Part shown: positions 47,540-58,944 of the stretch, in pieces
Position numbering within the stretch: the first letter of the stretch is position 1
Layout: every line of letters starts with the position of its first letter
Origin: Scyliorhinus canicula
Lineage: Eukaryota
Assembly: GCF_902713615.1 (NCBI RefSeq)
Contig: NC_052154.1
Coordinates: 81,013,072 to 81,077,071 of the forward strand
Length of the DNA: 64,000 nucleotides
Direction: 5' to 3'
Position numbers and translations under genes: made by a program
The notes under the pieces: model-generated
Databases searched by the model: none
The model's input: the letters and a program-made list of their open reading frames with translations, nothing else
What the model was told of the DNA's origin: nothing

Positions 47540-50500
47540 TCACGGATCCCACACCCTTGTGTGGATCAGGCATGATATCTTTGAATTGTGTGACCGGGGG
47601 TCACTGTCATCGTTGCGGACAAGTCGGTACGAATTGTCCCTGTGCCAGAGTGTTGGGTCCAAAAGTGAATGGGTATTGTCGGGGTCGTCGGGGTCGGGTG
47701 GTGGGTCTGGGTTTTTAATGTAAGTGACTTCCATGGGGTCACTGTAGTCGGGGTCATAGTCGCTGCTATGTGGGCTGTAGTGTGGTGTGCCGTGGCTGTC
47801 CTCAGAGTCAGTGTCTGTATCGCTGTCTCTGCTGCGGCAGCTTGTGGGCGTTTCGGGGCGTGGTCTGTCATGGTCAGTGGGCGGAGTCGTGGGCGAGTCC
47901 GATGAAGAACTGGTCTGTGAGGGGGATGGTGGAAACGTGTCTCTAGTGGGTGGGGTGAGGTGTTCTGCTGCGTCTAGCAGGACATGGTGTGCATGGTTGG
48001 CCTGCATTCCATATGCCTTTAACTGGTTGATATGGAACCACGCGGTCTTACCATTAGGATATTTTATCCTATAAACCGAGGGGCTAATTTTATCCGAAAT
48101 TGAGTATGGTCCGGAATATTTTGGTGCCAAAACACTGCTGGGGTTGTATACAGATAGCATTACCTGTTGCCCAACCTGGAATTCTGTGGGGTGTACGGTC
48201 TTGTTAAAACAAGCTGTGCGTTGTTTACGGCGTTTCCCTAGCTGAACTGCGGCTGCAATCTGTGCAGACCTCACAGTCTCAACCAAGTCTTTAACCGTCT
48301 TTTCGTGTGTGAGGGCCGTCACTTCGGGGCTAGTCATGTCCAGTCCTAAAAGGAATTCTGTACCTTTCATAGGGCGTCCGGTCATGAGTGTGTGTGGTGT
48401 GTATCCTGTGGAAGTGGAAACTGTATTTCTGATGAACATTAATGCAAATGGGAGCACTGAATCCCATGTGGAGTTGTTCTCTTGAACCATTTTCCTAAGC
48501 GTGGATTTTAGGGTCCGATTCATGCGCTCTACAATCCCGCTGGACTGTGGGTGATACGCAATATGAAAATTTTGTTTTATTCCAAATATTGTCAGGACAT
48601 TCTTCATGACCCGTCCTGTAAAGTGAGATCCCTGGTCCGAATCAATGCTACGGGGTAAACCCCTTCTCGTGAAGATGTGGTGGGTCAGGATCTTTGCAGC
48701 TGTCTTAGCTGTATTCGTTCTAGAGGGGAATGCCTCTACCCATTTGGTAAAGGTATCGATGACCACCAGAACGTATTTATAGCCATTCCTACAAGGGGGC
48801 AATGGGCCTATAAAGTCGATCTGGAGGTTTGTCCAGGGGCCATTAACTGGTCGAGTATGCCGAAGTTGTGCCTTTTTAGAATACCTTTCCGGGTTATTCT
48901 GGGCGCAAATAAGGCAATTCTCGATGTAGTGACCTACATCTGTCCTTAGGTTAGGCCACCAACAGAGCTGCCTGAGGTGCCTCGTGGTTGCGTCGGTCCC
49001 TTGGTGCCCGTGTCCATCATGGAACAAAGCAATCATTTCATTCCTGTCCTGCTGCGGGACCACATAAAGCTGATCCTTTATGATCACACCCTCATGTGTG
49101 GTCAGTGCGTGTCTGAATTTATCATACTGTGGCACGAAGTTGCCTTTGAAAATCTCCCTGAGATCCTCATCTTGCTTTTGTGCCTCTACTAAATCTTTAA
49201 TACTGGTCTGTGAGACTTGGACTGCGCTCACAGGGGCGCTAGCTGGTGCACTAGCTGGGGGTGTCCATAAGTGTCCTCGCCTGGAACCTGCCTTAGCCAG
49301 TGCGTCGGCTTTTACATTCCCTGGGGGGGATGACCTATGGTGGCTTCTTACTTTGATAATGCCGAAGGTCCTGTCCTTCGCTTTCTCTAAAATGTGTTGG
49401 AGTAAAGGGGCTGATGGAAGGGGTTTCCCATCTGCGGAGACAAAACCTCGTGTCCTCCACAGGGGCAGAAAATCGGTTAAACTATTGCAGACATATAAAC
49501 TGTCCGAATATATGTCCGCTGGGCTGGGGAAAGAATCGGGGTGGTCCACTATATAAGCTATGGCCGCGAGCTCTGCTGCCTGCGCGCCTAAGTGTCCCGG
49601 TAATTTTAAAGCTATCTCCTCGAGAGCGCGCCCCTGCGCGTCCTCTACATAGATGCCGCATCCTGTGATACGCTCACCTTCTAAAACTGTGGATGAACCG
49701 TCTACGTAAATCCTCAGTGGTCCACACGTGTCTGTGGGTTGGGGACTTTGTCTGGGGGTCCCTATCTTCCTGGGGGGTGTCTTTGCTATAAAGGGTCCTG
49801 TGTTATGTAAGGGGGCTACAATTTCACATTCATGGGGCTGTCCTGGGTATTGGAGGTTGTCGGCTAAAAATGTGTGTGTGCGGGTCCGTTTACCTGTAAT
49901 GTCCCGTCCTTGTAAAAGTAGTGTCCACCTAGCTGCCCTAATCTGGCTAACTGAACCGTCCTTCAGTCGACCGTCTAGGAGTAACTGTGTGGGGGTGTGC
50001 TCGGTCAAAATGGTGGTGGGGTTGAGTCCGGTAATGTACGAAAAATATTGCACTGCCCAGAAGACAGCAAGGAGGTGCCTCTCGCAGGCTGAAAATCCTT
50101 GTTCAACTGGGTCTAACAGTCGGGAGGCATAAGCCACTGGTCTTAGCTGCTCGTGCCCTTCCTGAAGTAACACGGCCGAGAGGGTCAGATCTGTGCTTGC
50201 TACCTCTATTGCATATGGGGAGAGTGGGTCTGGGACTTGTAGCGCGGGTGCTGCGCTAAGGGCTTTCTTTAACTCTTCCACAGCCTCTGTATGCTGCGGA
50301 AGCCATTCCCAGGGGGCTCCTTTCTTAAGGAGGTCTGAGAGTGGGGCGGCTTTTGTCGCGAATCCGTCGATGTGGTTCCGACAATAACCAACCAGTCCTA
50401 AGAACGACCGGAGGGCTGAAACATTCTGGGGAAGGGGCAATTTGACAATCGAATCAATTCTTTTGAATTCGATCTCGCGTTTGCCGTGTGTGATGACTGT

Positions 50501-51697
50501 TCCCAAATACATCACTTTACTTTCCAAAATCTGGGCCTTTCTTGGGTTAACTTTACATCCAATCTCGGTTAAAAGTTCCAGGAGTTCGGCCAGAAGCGTA
50601 ATGTGCTCTGCCTTTGTGTCTGTCTGCAGTAGTAGGTCGTCTACATACTGTACCAGACATTCGGGGCGGGAAAATTTTTCTAAGCCATTCGCCAGCTGTC
50701 GGTGGAAAATGGAGGGGGAATTGTGGAATCCTTGTGGAAGGCATGTCCACGTATACTGTTGTGTTTTAAAAGTGAAGGCAAATTTGTACTGGCACGCCTT
50801 TGCCAATGGGATTGACCAGAAGCCATTGCTAATGTCCAAAACCGTGAAATATTTGGAGTTGAGTCCCTGCTTGAGCATGGTCTCGGGACTTGTTGCTACC
50901 GTGGGGGCTACTGCTGGGGTTACTTTATTGAGTTCCCGATAATCAATGGTCAGACGCCATGATCCGTGGGGCTTTCTCACTGGCCAAATAGGGGCATTAT
51001 TGGTCGAGGCTACTGTTCTAAGCACACCTTGCTCCAATAAGCTACCTATCACTTTCTCTATTTCTACCTCTGCTTCTAGGGGAAATCTATATTGTTTTTG
51101 TGGTCTGGGGTCAGGTCCGGTAACGTGAATTTGTCCAGCCATTCTGCCGCAGTCATGCCGGTGACTGGCAAATGCTGTCCTGTGTTTATTCAGTACTGCC
51201 TTAACTTGTCTGTCCGTGTTTAGTGTAGTCGGGTCAAATGAGTAGTCTCCTACTGCACTAATCCTGTTAGCGTACTCTCCTACTGTGAGAGTAGCGGGTG
51301 CTCTGTCCGATCTTGCCATTCGCCAGACACACTGGTTCACTGGGTCGAACGACAGGCTATGGGCATTCATAAAATCTATCCCTAGGATGTGTTCTGCTGT
51401 CCGGGGAAGATTTACTAAAACAACGGGGTGTTTTGTGGAAATGTTCCCTAGCTGGATTGCTACGGGTGCTGTAATGTGTCCCTGCTGCGAGTGTCCGGTG
51501 AACCCGCTAAGTGTGATGGTGGAGGTGGTCGGCCACGTGTCTGTGTGTGCCGTGGTGGTGGAGTTAATTGTGGTGCGGGAGCCTCCTGTGTCCCAAAGTA
51601 ACTCTATGGGCTTCCCTCTTAACTTTGCCGTGACTACCGGTCTTCCTGATGGATCCCATAGTGTGTCACAGACCCAAGTGGGGGAGCCCGAACACCG
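47540..51697 (-). CDS. pol: ERV-B pol: protease, RT, tether (degenerate RNase H), RNase H, integrase, acidic/Pro-rich tail (1385 aa)
   Basis: LLWDTGGS, LPQGFHNSP, YVDD, tether PVAYASRLL..CERHLLAVFWA, RNase H YVDGS..AELAA..YSDS..KADALA, IN HHCC, QIDF/SDQG/VERMN and GPY. No internal stop. The ORF track starts at internal Met 51370. Confidence 0.95.
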   Translation of the reverse strand, partial: RCSGSPTWVCDTLWDPSGRPVVTAKLRGKPIELLWDTGGSRTTINSTTTAHTDTWPTTSTITLSGFTGHSQQGHITAPVAIQLGNISTKHPVVLVNLPRTAEHILGIDFMNAHSLSFDPVNQCVWRMARSDRAPATLTVGEYANRISAVGDYSFDPTTLNTDRQVKAVLNKHRTAFASHRHDCGRMAGQIHVTGPDPRPQKQYRFPLEAEVEIEKVIGSLLEQGVLRTVASTNNAPIWPVRKPHGSWRLTIDYRELNKVTPAVAPTVATSPETMLKQGLNSKYFTVLDISNGFWSIPLAKACQYKFAFTFKTQQYTWTCLPQGFHNSPSIFHRQLANGLEKFSRPECLVQYVDDLLLQTDTKAEHITLLAELLELLTEIGCKVNPRKAQILESKVMYLGTVITHGKREIEFKRIDSIVKLPLPQNVSALRSFLGLVGYCRNHIDGFATKAAPLSDLLKKGAPWEWLPQHTEAVEELKKALSAAPALQVPDPLSPYAIEVASTDLTLSAVLLQEGHEQLRPVAYASRLLDPVEQGFSACERHLLAVFWAVQYFSYITGLNPTTILTEHTPTQLLLDGRLKDGSVSQIRAARWTLLLQGRDITGKRTRTHTFLADNLQYPGQPHECEIVAPLHNTGPFIAKTPPRKIGTPRQSPQPTDTCGPLRIYVDGSSTVLEGERITGCGIYVEDAQGRALEEIALKLPGHLGAQAAELAAIAYIVDHPDSFPSPADIYSDSLYVCNSLTDFLPLWRTRGFVSADGKPLPSAPLLQHILEKAKDRTFGIIKVRSHHRSSPPGNVKADALAKAGSRRGHLWTPPASAPASAPVSAVQVSQTSIKDLVEAQKQDEDLREIFKGNFVPQYDKFRHALTTHEGVIIKDQLYVVPQQDRNEMIALFHDGHGHQGTDATTRHLRQLCWWPNLRTDVGHYIENCLICAQNNPERYSKKAQLRHTRPVNGPWTNLQIDFIGPLPPCRNGYKYVLVVIDTFTKWVEAFPSRTNTAKTAAKILTHHIFTRRGLPRSIDSDQGSHFTGRVMKNVLTIFGIKQNFHIAYHPQSSGIVERMNRTLKSTLRKMVQENNSTWDSVLPFALMFIRNTVSTSTGYTPHTLMTGRPMKGTEFLLGLDMTSPEVTALTHEKTVKDLVETVRSAQIAAAVQLGKRRKQRTACFNKTVHPTEFQVGQQVMLSVYNPSSVLAPKYSGPYSISDKISPSVYRIKYPNGKTAWFHINQLKAYGMQANHAHHVLLDAAEHLTPPTRDTFPPSPSQTSSSSDSPTTPPTDHDRPRPETPTSCRSRDSDTDTDSEDSHGTPHYSPHSSDYDPDYSDPMEVTYIKNPDPPPDPDDPDNTHSLLDPTLWHRDNSYRLVRNDDSDPRSHNSKISCLIHTRVWDP

Positions 51698-53445
51698 TCA
51701 GTCCGTTCCGTCCACATTGGTCTGTCCTGACTGGATCCCTATACTATGGGTCGGTTTTGTTTTATTCCGGTTCAGAGTGCCTGTCTGCTGGCCTCTCTGC
51801 GATCTCTGGGGTCCATTACATTCCTTAGCCCAATGTCCTAACTGGCCACAGTTGTAGCATTCCTGCGACTTCTGTGGAGGGCTGCTCTTTCCTTCATTCA
51901 CCCATGCGGGTTTTTGGTGCTCTCTCACTGCCTGTATGTCTGCTGCAGCCTGAGCTTCTTCTGGGGATTTCACTCTACTCTTGCCCTGAACTGATTGCTC
52001 CCAAGCGCGGGACAATCTTTTCAGGACCCACTTCTCATTATGGGCCTCCTCTGAGGGGTCATAGCTGTTGCAAGCGCTCTGTCCTGCTTCTGTTGCATGT
52101 GAAATTATGGTGCGCGTCCATTTAACCATGTTTTCACGGTTCAAATGGGCTCTATCTAAATCGCCAAATACTGCATTAAAATGGATCCACAGCCTTCCGG
52201 CGAATGCTGTGGGGTGCTCGGTTTTCTTCTGCCGGCACTTATTCAGTCCTTCTACGGGGTCACCTCGATTATACCCTATGGCATCTAAAATGGAGGTGTG
52301 CATTTCCTCTAGGGTGCCTCCGCCAACGTTCTGTGGGTCGGGAGGGCTGCTACAACCGATGGGTCTAAACTCAGAACTGTGAGTTTAACCTGCTCTCTCT
52401 CATCCAGGCCGTACATGGTAGCCTGTTGCTTTACCTTTGCGAAAAACTGGTGGGGGTCTGCGGTGGGGAGAAACGGAGTGATCTTCTCACACGCGTCCCT
52501 TAGTTGGGTTACAGTTAAGGGGCTGGTGTAAGTTATATCGGGTGCGCCTTCTGTGGTCGCTTTTCTCTGGGTGGTGACTGGATTCATTGGAATGGTAACG
52601 AGCTGATCTGTGGGGGGTTGGGGTGCTTGCCTTTTCTGCTGCGCTGCTGGCGCACATGTTCCCTGAACATAACGCTGCGCTGTCTCACTTAACTCTTTCC
52701 AGTCTGGGGCATTCTCCTCATCTAACTGTGTTCCAAAGATGCTTTGAAACCCATTTTGTACCGAAAGCAGCGATTGCAGCTCTGCAATCTGCTTCCTGCA
52801 TTTCGCGTGATCTACTGTACTTTGCCTTTGTTCTGTGGTTGCAGCATGGAGTGCTCTCAAAGCTGCTTTAAGGTCAGAGCATTGCCTCTGCAAAGCCTCT
52901 ACCTGCTTCTCTGATTCTTCTCTTATCAGGACGGCACGTTGCACGTCCTGATAGGCCTTTACGTACTGGGTCTGGGAACTGCTGAGATGGGCTAGACAAG
53001 ACTGATGTGCCCTCTTGGCATCATCTACCTCTCTACCTTTCTCTGCCAACTTCCCTCTTAGATCCATATTTTCCTTCTCGATGTCCCTGACATCCACTTT
53101 ACTCATCCTATTCCTTTCTTCTAGTTCTGCCCGGAGCGTCTGAACGACCTCCTCTGTGCCTCGCAATTGTGCCAAACAGGACACAATCGCCATCGGCTTA
53201 CGTGCTTTACTCATGTTTTTCTTGTGAATTTGAGAGAGGTTCTCCCACCAAGTACGTCCTATACTTCCGGGACCTGTCTCCTCATTCAAACAAAACTCTT
53301 TCCAAAGGGGCCATCCCTTTCCTTGCAGATACTTGCGGAGTTCCAGCTCCCACATGGGACACTGACCTACCCTGCTACTGCTGCTGGTCGCTGCGACCAC
53401 AAACCGTTCTGGGTTCATGAGGCGTTCCATTGCCTGCATGGCCAT
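51698..53445 (-). CDS. gag: ERV-B gag (about 582 aa reconstructed, one 1-nt frameshift near 52341)
   Basis: ORFs 52309-53445 and 51698-52303 join as LPDPQNVGGGTLEEMHT if one C is restored. Long coiled coil and a single CCHC knuckle CYNCGQLGHWAKEC. Confidence 0.88.
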
Positions 53446-53736
53446 TTTCTCTGACTCTCTTTAAATTTAGGACAGGGGGTGTTGAGGTTATGTCTCACGA
53501 AACGGGTAAGGCTTACTCTATGTTCCGTTCACAAAACTACCGAAAGTTTGTCGCAACAAAAATGCTTTCAGGTTTTCCTTACAACCCTGTTAGTACGCAT
53601 GCACTAAACACACTTCCGAATTACGCTTATTGCTTTGAACACCTTGAATATTTGTGATTTCTTTCCGTTTTCTTTACCAGATTTCCAATTCAAATTTCAG
53701 GGTCCTCGACGGAGTGGGGGTACCACTTGTAACCGT

Positions 53737-53754
53737 GTCCCGGCGGAGTCGCCA
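53737..53754 (-). promoter_or_regulatory. ERV-B primer-binding site, tRNA-Arg(UCU)
   Basis: TGGCGACTCCGCCGGGAC on minus is complementary to the vertebrate tRNA-Arg(UCU) 3' end GTCCCGGCGGAGTCGCCA. It lies 5 nt from the LTR. Confidence 0.88.
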
Positions 53755-53759
53755 CTAAA

Positions 53760-54724
53760 TGTTGCACGTTTTGCTATGGGTGCAAAACGCGTTTATTGGG
53801 GTGTATTAACTTGCCTGTGTTAAAGGCCGTGTGCTTAACACCACTAGGCTCTGTCTATGTATTTTTCAGCTCAGGAGTCGCCAGTTGCCGTATAGACAAC
53901 TCACAAAATATCTCAAGGTCAGGTTCAAAGTAATAAAACGATACACCGATTAGTAAGTTCCAAACGATCAATATTTATTATACAATTATAATAAATACGC
54001 ATGCACACACTAAGGGACTAAGCTATGACTAAACTAAGCAATCAGAATACTTAACTACACAGGAACAGGCAAGGTCAGGGAGCGAGGCCTTCGTCCCGGT
54101 CTTGGTCTGCAACCTTCAGAAAGCGTGCTGGTCACTGGGGGTCTAGCGTGCTTGGTTCGCGTAGCGAGCGTCGTATTGGCACTTACGGTTCGGCGGCTGG
54201 TGCTCAACGGCTGGAGTCAGGATACACATTGGAGGTCTTGGTCAAAGCCGGAGCACGAAACAACAGACAGGACCATGTGTGGGGGTCTATTTTTATAGGG
54301 GTCCCCAATGTCCTTCCCTCTTCCTGGGCGGGCTTTACCTTCAGGTATCGATTGGATCGCTTCCAATCGATATCTTTTGAATTCCTCCAATGTGAGGGTC
54401 TTTCTCGATGGTGGGGGCGGTTTCTATAGTGGATACTTCTGGTGTCGCTCTGTCTGGACATCCACTTAAAGTATCTTATTCAAACCCAAATGTTGCCATT
54501 GTGTGTGCCTAGATCTGGACTGCCTCATTAGTATGTAAACGTTCTGCCATTATCACCTTTGGTTGGAGATCTTCCACCTGGCCAGAAACTGGTTTTGCTG
54601 CTTGCAAAATGCTAATGAGTGTTTGCAGGCTGTTTGCCTTGGCTATACTGTTTCTCCCTACAGTCTTAGCGATTCTCCATTTTGTTTGGTTCAGTGTCCA
54701 TTTTACGTGGCTACAGTGGCTACA
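53760..54724 (-). repeat. ERV-B 5' LTR
   Basis: Direct repeat of 44803-45767. Confidence 0.97.
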
Positions 54725-55136
54725 GGAGGTATGACCAATAACTGCATGGATGACACGAACGTTGGCGGTGCAATAAACAGCGATGAGAAAAGCTTTGGAT
54801 TACAGCACGAGAGAAACGGGCTGGCCAGATGGATAGAGAACTGGCAAATGGAATTAAAACCCGAAAAGTGTGAGGAATGGGTGGTAGGTGGGGGAGGCCC
54901 ATACAGCTGGTGACACTCTGCAGAACCAGGAAAGAAGGCGAAGCCTGACACAACCAAAGAGAGTGTGTTAGTCCGTTACTCTAGCTTAGTCTGGTATTGT
55001 CTCTTGTTGTCCCTGAAGACTTTGCGGAAATTATACCTAGATTTGCTACATATGTCAGGGTCACCTATCTTGAACGCCTCAGACCTGACCTTCAGTAGGG
55101 AGTGAATCTTCCAGTCAAATCATGGTTTCCAGTTAA

Positions 55137-55854
55137 GGAATACATGTACTTCCGTCTTTGGCACGCAATCTTCTACACACTTACTGATCAGGTCTGTTGC
55201 GGTGGTGACGTACTCATTTAGGTTGGCCTCCGAGTTCTTGAATATACACCAGTGCACTGACTCCAAGCCGTCACATAAGATAACTTCCCATACAATAAGT
55301 TTCCTAATGACTTATTTTAGTTTGCATGTAGTCACAGATGCTATTTGATAATTCACATCGCTGATTGTTTTTAATAATGCGGTTGTGAGCTGTATTCACC
55401 AACCACTTAAATGTGTGCCCAGCAGCTATTCACATTCTGCTGTTAGTTACCACGTTCCAAAATTCTGACCCAGTAACGACCATGGAAGGGTGGTATTTTT
55501 CCAAGTCAGGATGATGTGTGACTTCAAGAAGAAACTTGAAGCGTTGCTTTTCCCATGGACCTGTTCTCATTGCCTATTTAAGTCGAATGAGTTGTGTCAA
55601 TTTCTTGCAGACTTTCATTCTTCAAAACTGCAATAGTAAAGGACTAACCTTCTTAACCTCTACGTGCAAACTAAAACAAGTCATTAGGACACTTATTGTA
55701 TGGGAAGTTAACTTATGTGACTGCTTGGAGTCAGTGAAATGATGTATATTCAAGAGCTCGGAGGCCAAGCTAAATGAGTATGTCACCACCACAACAGACC
55801 TCATCAGTAAGTGTGCAGAAGATTGCGTGCCAAAGACGGTAGTACATGCATTCC
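55137..55854. repeat. Inverted duplication: 195-bp arms (55137-55331 and 55660-55854) with a 328-bp spacer
   Basis: About 16 mismatches by eye. Each arm combines a Rex/RTE-like LINE piece and AT-rich sequence. Confidence 0.9.
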
Positions 55855-56449
55855 CTACTTAAACTCTCCTGATAAGAAAACCCTTCCATTCTGGGATCAA
55901 CCGAGAGAACCTTCTATGGACTGCCTCCAGTGCCAGTGCCAGTGAGGTTTGCCGAAGAGCAGTGGGAGAGAGGCCATCTCTGGAGTGAGGCCACAGGGAG
56001 AGTGAGTTTTAAATGTGGGAATTTGAAGCAGAGCGGGGATTTGGTGATCAGGAAGAGATGCTCCTTGCTTTCTCTCCTTGATTTGTAACTTTTAAATCTT
56101 CAGGCAGTGGTCTTGCCCTGCTGCAGCAGGGACTGCAAGGTAATGGGCGAGATCGGTAAGTCTTTACAACTTTCATCAATTATAGTTTGAAATAGGTTTT
56201 GTGGTTGATAATCTGTAATGGCTATAATTGCTACTGACGAAAACCAGCAAAGACGGGTCATAGATAATTGGATTTAATCTGATATCAAACATCTTCCAAA
56301 GCGTTCATTTAAAAGGGTAAGTCACGGCAGGGGGACTCAACACCTTTGTTTGCTCCATGAGGGAGACTGAGAACGTTTACAGTGCCTGGGGCCAGCGTGT
56401 GTGCAGGAAGTGTCTCCAGCTATAACTGCTGGAAGCCTGAGTTGCGGAG

Positions 56450-58380
56450 CTGAAGCGGCGGCTGGAGACACCGTGGAGCACCCGTGAGGTGGAGAGTATC
56501 GCGGATAACACCTACAGAGAGGTGGTCACAGCACAGGCTCAGACTCCACAGGCAGGAAAGGAATGGATTATCACCAGGCAGTGCAGGAGAGCTAGGCAGT
56601 CAGTGCCGGAATCTCTTATCGCAATTCCCCGGAAGAGAAATATATTGTTTTGGATACTGTTGAGGGGAATGAGCTCCCAAGTGAAAGCAACAACTTCTAA
56701 ATTCGTTGCACCACGTTTGGGTCTGCTGCAGAGAGAAGGAGTAAAAAGTGTGGTAATGCAATAGTTATAGGGGATTTGATTGGAAGGGGAACAGATAGTG
56801 GGTTTCTATGGCCGCAAATGACACTCCAGAAGGTATGGTGCCTCCCTGGTGGTCGGGTTAAAGATATCTTGGAGCGGTTACAGGACAGTCTGGATGGGGA
56901 GGGTGGACAGCCAGCGGTCATGGTCGCATCGACACCAACAACATAGGTAAAAAAAATGAATGAGGTCCTGAAAACAGAATACAGGGTGTGAGGAAGAAAA
57001 TTGAGAAGTCAGACCTTCAAAGTAGTAATCCCAGGATTACTACCAGTGCCAGGTGCTAGTCAGCGTTGAAATAGTAGGATATTTCAGATAAATATGTGGT
57101 TGAAGAAATGGTGTGTGTGTGTGTGGTGGGGGGGGGGGGGGGGGAGATTTCAGATTCCTGGGTCTTTTGAACTGGTTCTGGGGAAGGTGGGACCTCTGCA
57201 AACTGGGCAGGACCGGGACTTATACCCTTGGGGACAGGGCGTGGGCTGGTTCTTGCTGGAGCGATTGAAGAGTATTAAATGAACATGGCAGGGGAAAATA
57301 ACTTCTGTAATGATTTAGAGCAGGGACAATCAAGAACAAAAGAAAAAGACAGAAATGAGAATAAGAAAAGTGATTGGCAGAGAAGTCAAAGGCCTGTATC
57401 AGATAATGACACTGTAAAAGAATTGGAGGGACGGTACAAGGAATTGTAAAATTACTAGCCTTAAGGTTTTGTACCTGAACGCATGGAGTATTCAAAATAA
57501 AATGGATGAGTTACTTGTGCAGATCGATTTCAAGGGATATCATATCGTTAGAATAATGGAGAGATCTCTCGTGACCAAGGATGGGAAGATTGAGGACTAC
57601 AGTTTTTAGGAGATCAGGCAGAAAAGAAAAGCTGGAGGAGGAGTTACATTGTTGATTAAAGAAGATATGGATACAATATTGAGGGAAGATATTGTGATGT
57701 TCTCTGTTGGGTCTATCAGGATGCTTTGAGAACGTAGTGCTAACAAAGAACGTCAATCTGAGTTATTGAACAAAGCTGATTTATTTACATCACTAAATTA
57801 AAGATTTTAGCTCGTCAACAAGCAATAAGTTCGGAAATAAAACAATACAAAATTTCTTCCAACAGAACTCGATGCTATGCACCTAATCTCTCTACCGCCT
57901 TACAACCTTCTCCCAGCATCCCGGGAGTCACATGATACGGTTGCTCCTTTTCTACATCTGGTGGTGAGAAGTATTATTATCTTATTGTTAACACTTTGCA
58001 TTCCTTACAATACACATTTTATTACAATATTTGTAGAGATGATGTGGAATCTGTCTGGATCGAGTTAAGAAACATCAAGTGGCAAACGACATTCGCAGGG
58101 GTGGTGTACCGACCACGAGAACGCAGTGGTAATGTTGGGAAAAGCATAGATAGGAAATCAGAAATGCATGTGATAACAGAACATCTGTGAATATGGGTGA
58201 CTTCATTCTGCATATAGATTGGGTGACTCAAATTAATCACAGTACAATAAAGGAGGAATTTCTGCACTGTATACGGGATTTACTGGACCAGTATGTTGAG
58301 GAACCAAAAAGGGAACAGGCCATCTTGGACTGTGTGTTGTGCAATCAGAAGGGATAAGTTAGCAACCTATTTCTGAAAGA
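56450..58380 (+). mobile_element. Degraded CR1 LINE: ORF1 SGNH-esterase remnant and ORF2 endonuclease start
   Basis: IVIGD..RGTD..CLPGGRVKDI.ERLQ (ORF1 esterase). LYLNAWSIQNKMDEL and ESVWIELRN..GVVYRP (EN). Confidence 0.85.
57693..58026 (-). mobile_element. Solo LTR (334 bp) in the CR1 fragment
   Basis: TGTGA...TTACA termini, 4-bp TSD ATAT, AATAAA on minus. The CR1 frame resumes after it. Confidence 0.85.
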
Positions 58381-58700
58381 AACATAGAATATAGAACATA
58401 CTGTGTAGAAGGAGGCCATTTGGCACGTCGAGTCTGAACCGATCCACTTAAGCCCTCACTTCCATCCTATCTCTGTAACCCAATAACCCCTCCTAACATT
58501 TTTTTGATCACTAAGGGATATTTATCATGGCCAATCCACCTAACCTGCACGTATTTGGACTGTGGGAGGAAGCCGGAGCACCCAGAGGAAACCCATGCAG
58601 ACACGGGGAGAATGTACAGATTCCGCACAGACAGTGACCTAGCAGGGAATCGAACCTGTGACCTTGTGAAGCCACAGTGCTATCCACTTGTGCTGCCATG
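58380..58700 (-). mobile_element. HE1-type SINE
   Basis: Family body and ttctatattctatg tail. Confidence 0.8.
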
Positions 58701-58944
58701 CTGCTCGAAACCTTGGGTATGAGTGACGATTGTATGGTAGAATTCGTTATCAAGGTGAAAAGTGAGGTTGTTGATTCTGAGACTAGGGTCCCGAACCTCA
58801 ATAAATACATAGAAACATTGATAACAGGTGCAGGAGAAGGCGATTCAGCTTGGAGCCTTCACCACCATTCAATATGATCATGGTTGATCATGCAAATTCA
58901 GTATTCCACTCCCGCTTGCTTTTCATACCCCTTGATAGCATTGT

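Larger units (their letters stand above)
44803..54724 (-). mobile_element. ERV-B: near-intact env-less LTR retroelement with dual RNase H (lokiretrovirus/Odin-like or spuma-related)
   Basis: 965-bp TG...CA LTRs, perfect 5-bp TSD GGAGG, PBS, PPT, gag and a fully open pol. Confidence 0.93.

Noticed and set aside
47669-51857. Many antisense ORFs over ERV-B pol
   Set aside because: Expected shadows of a long GC-balanced sense ORF, with no independent signals.
52330-52345. Programmed -1 frameshift within ERV-B gag
   Set aside because: No slippery heptamer, and it falls mid-capsid. A 1-nt deletion or sequencing error explains it.
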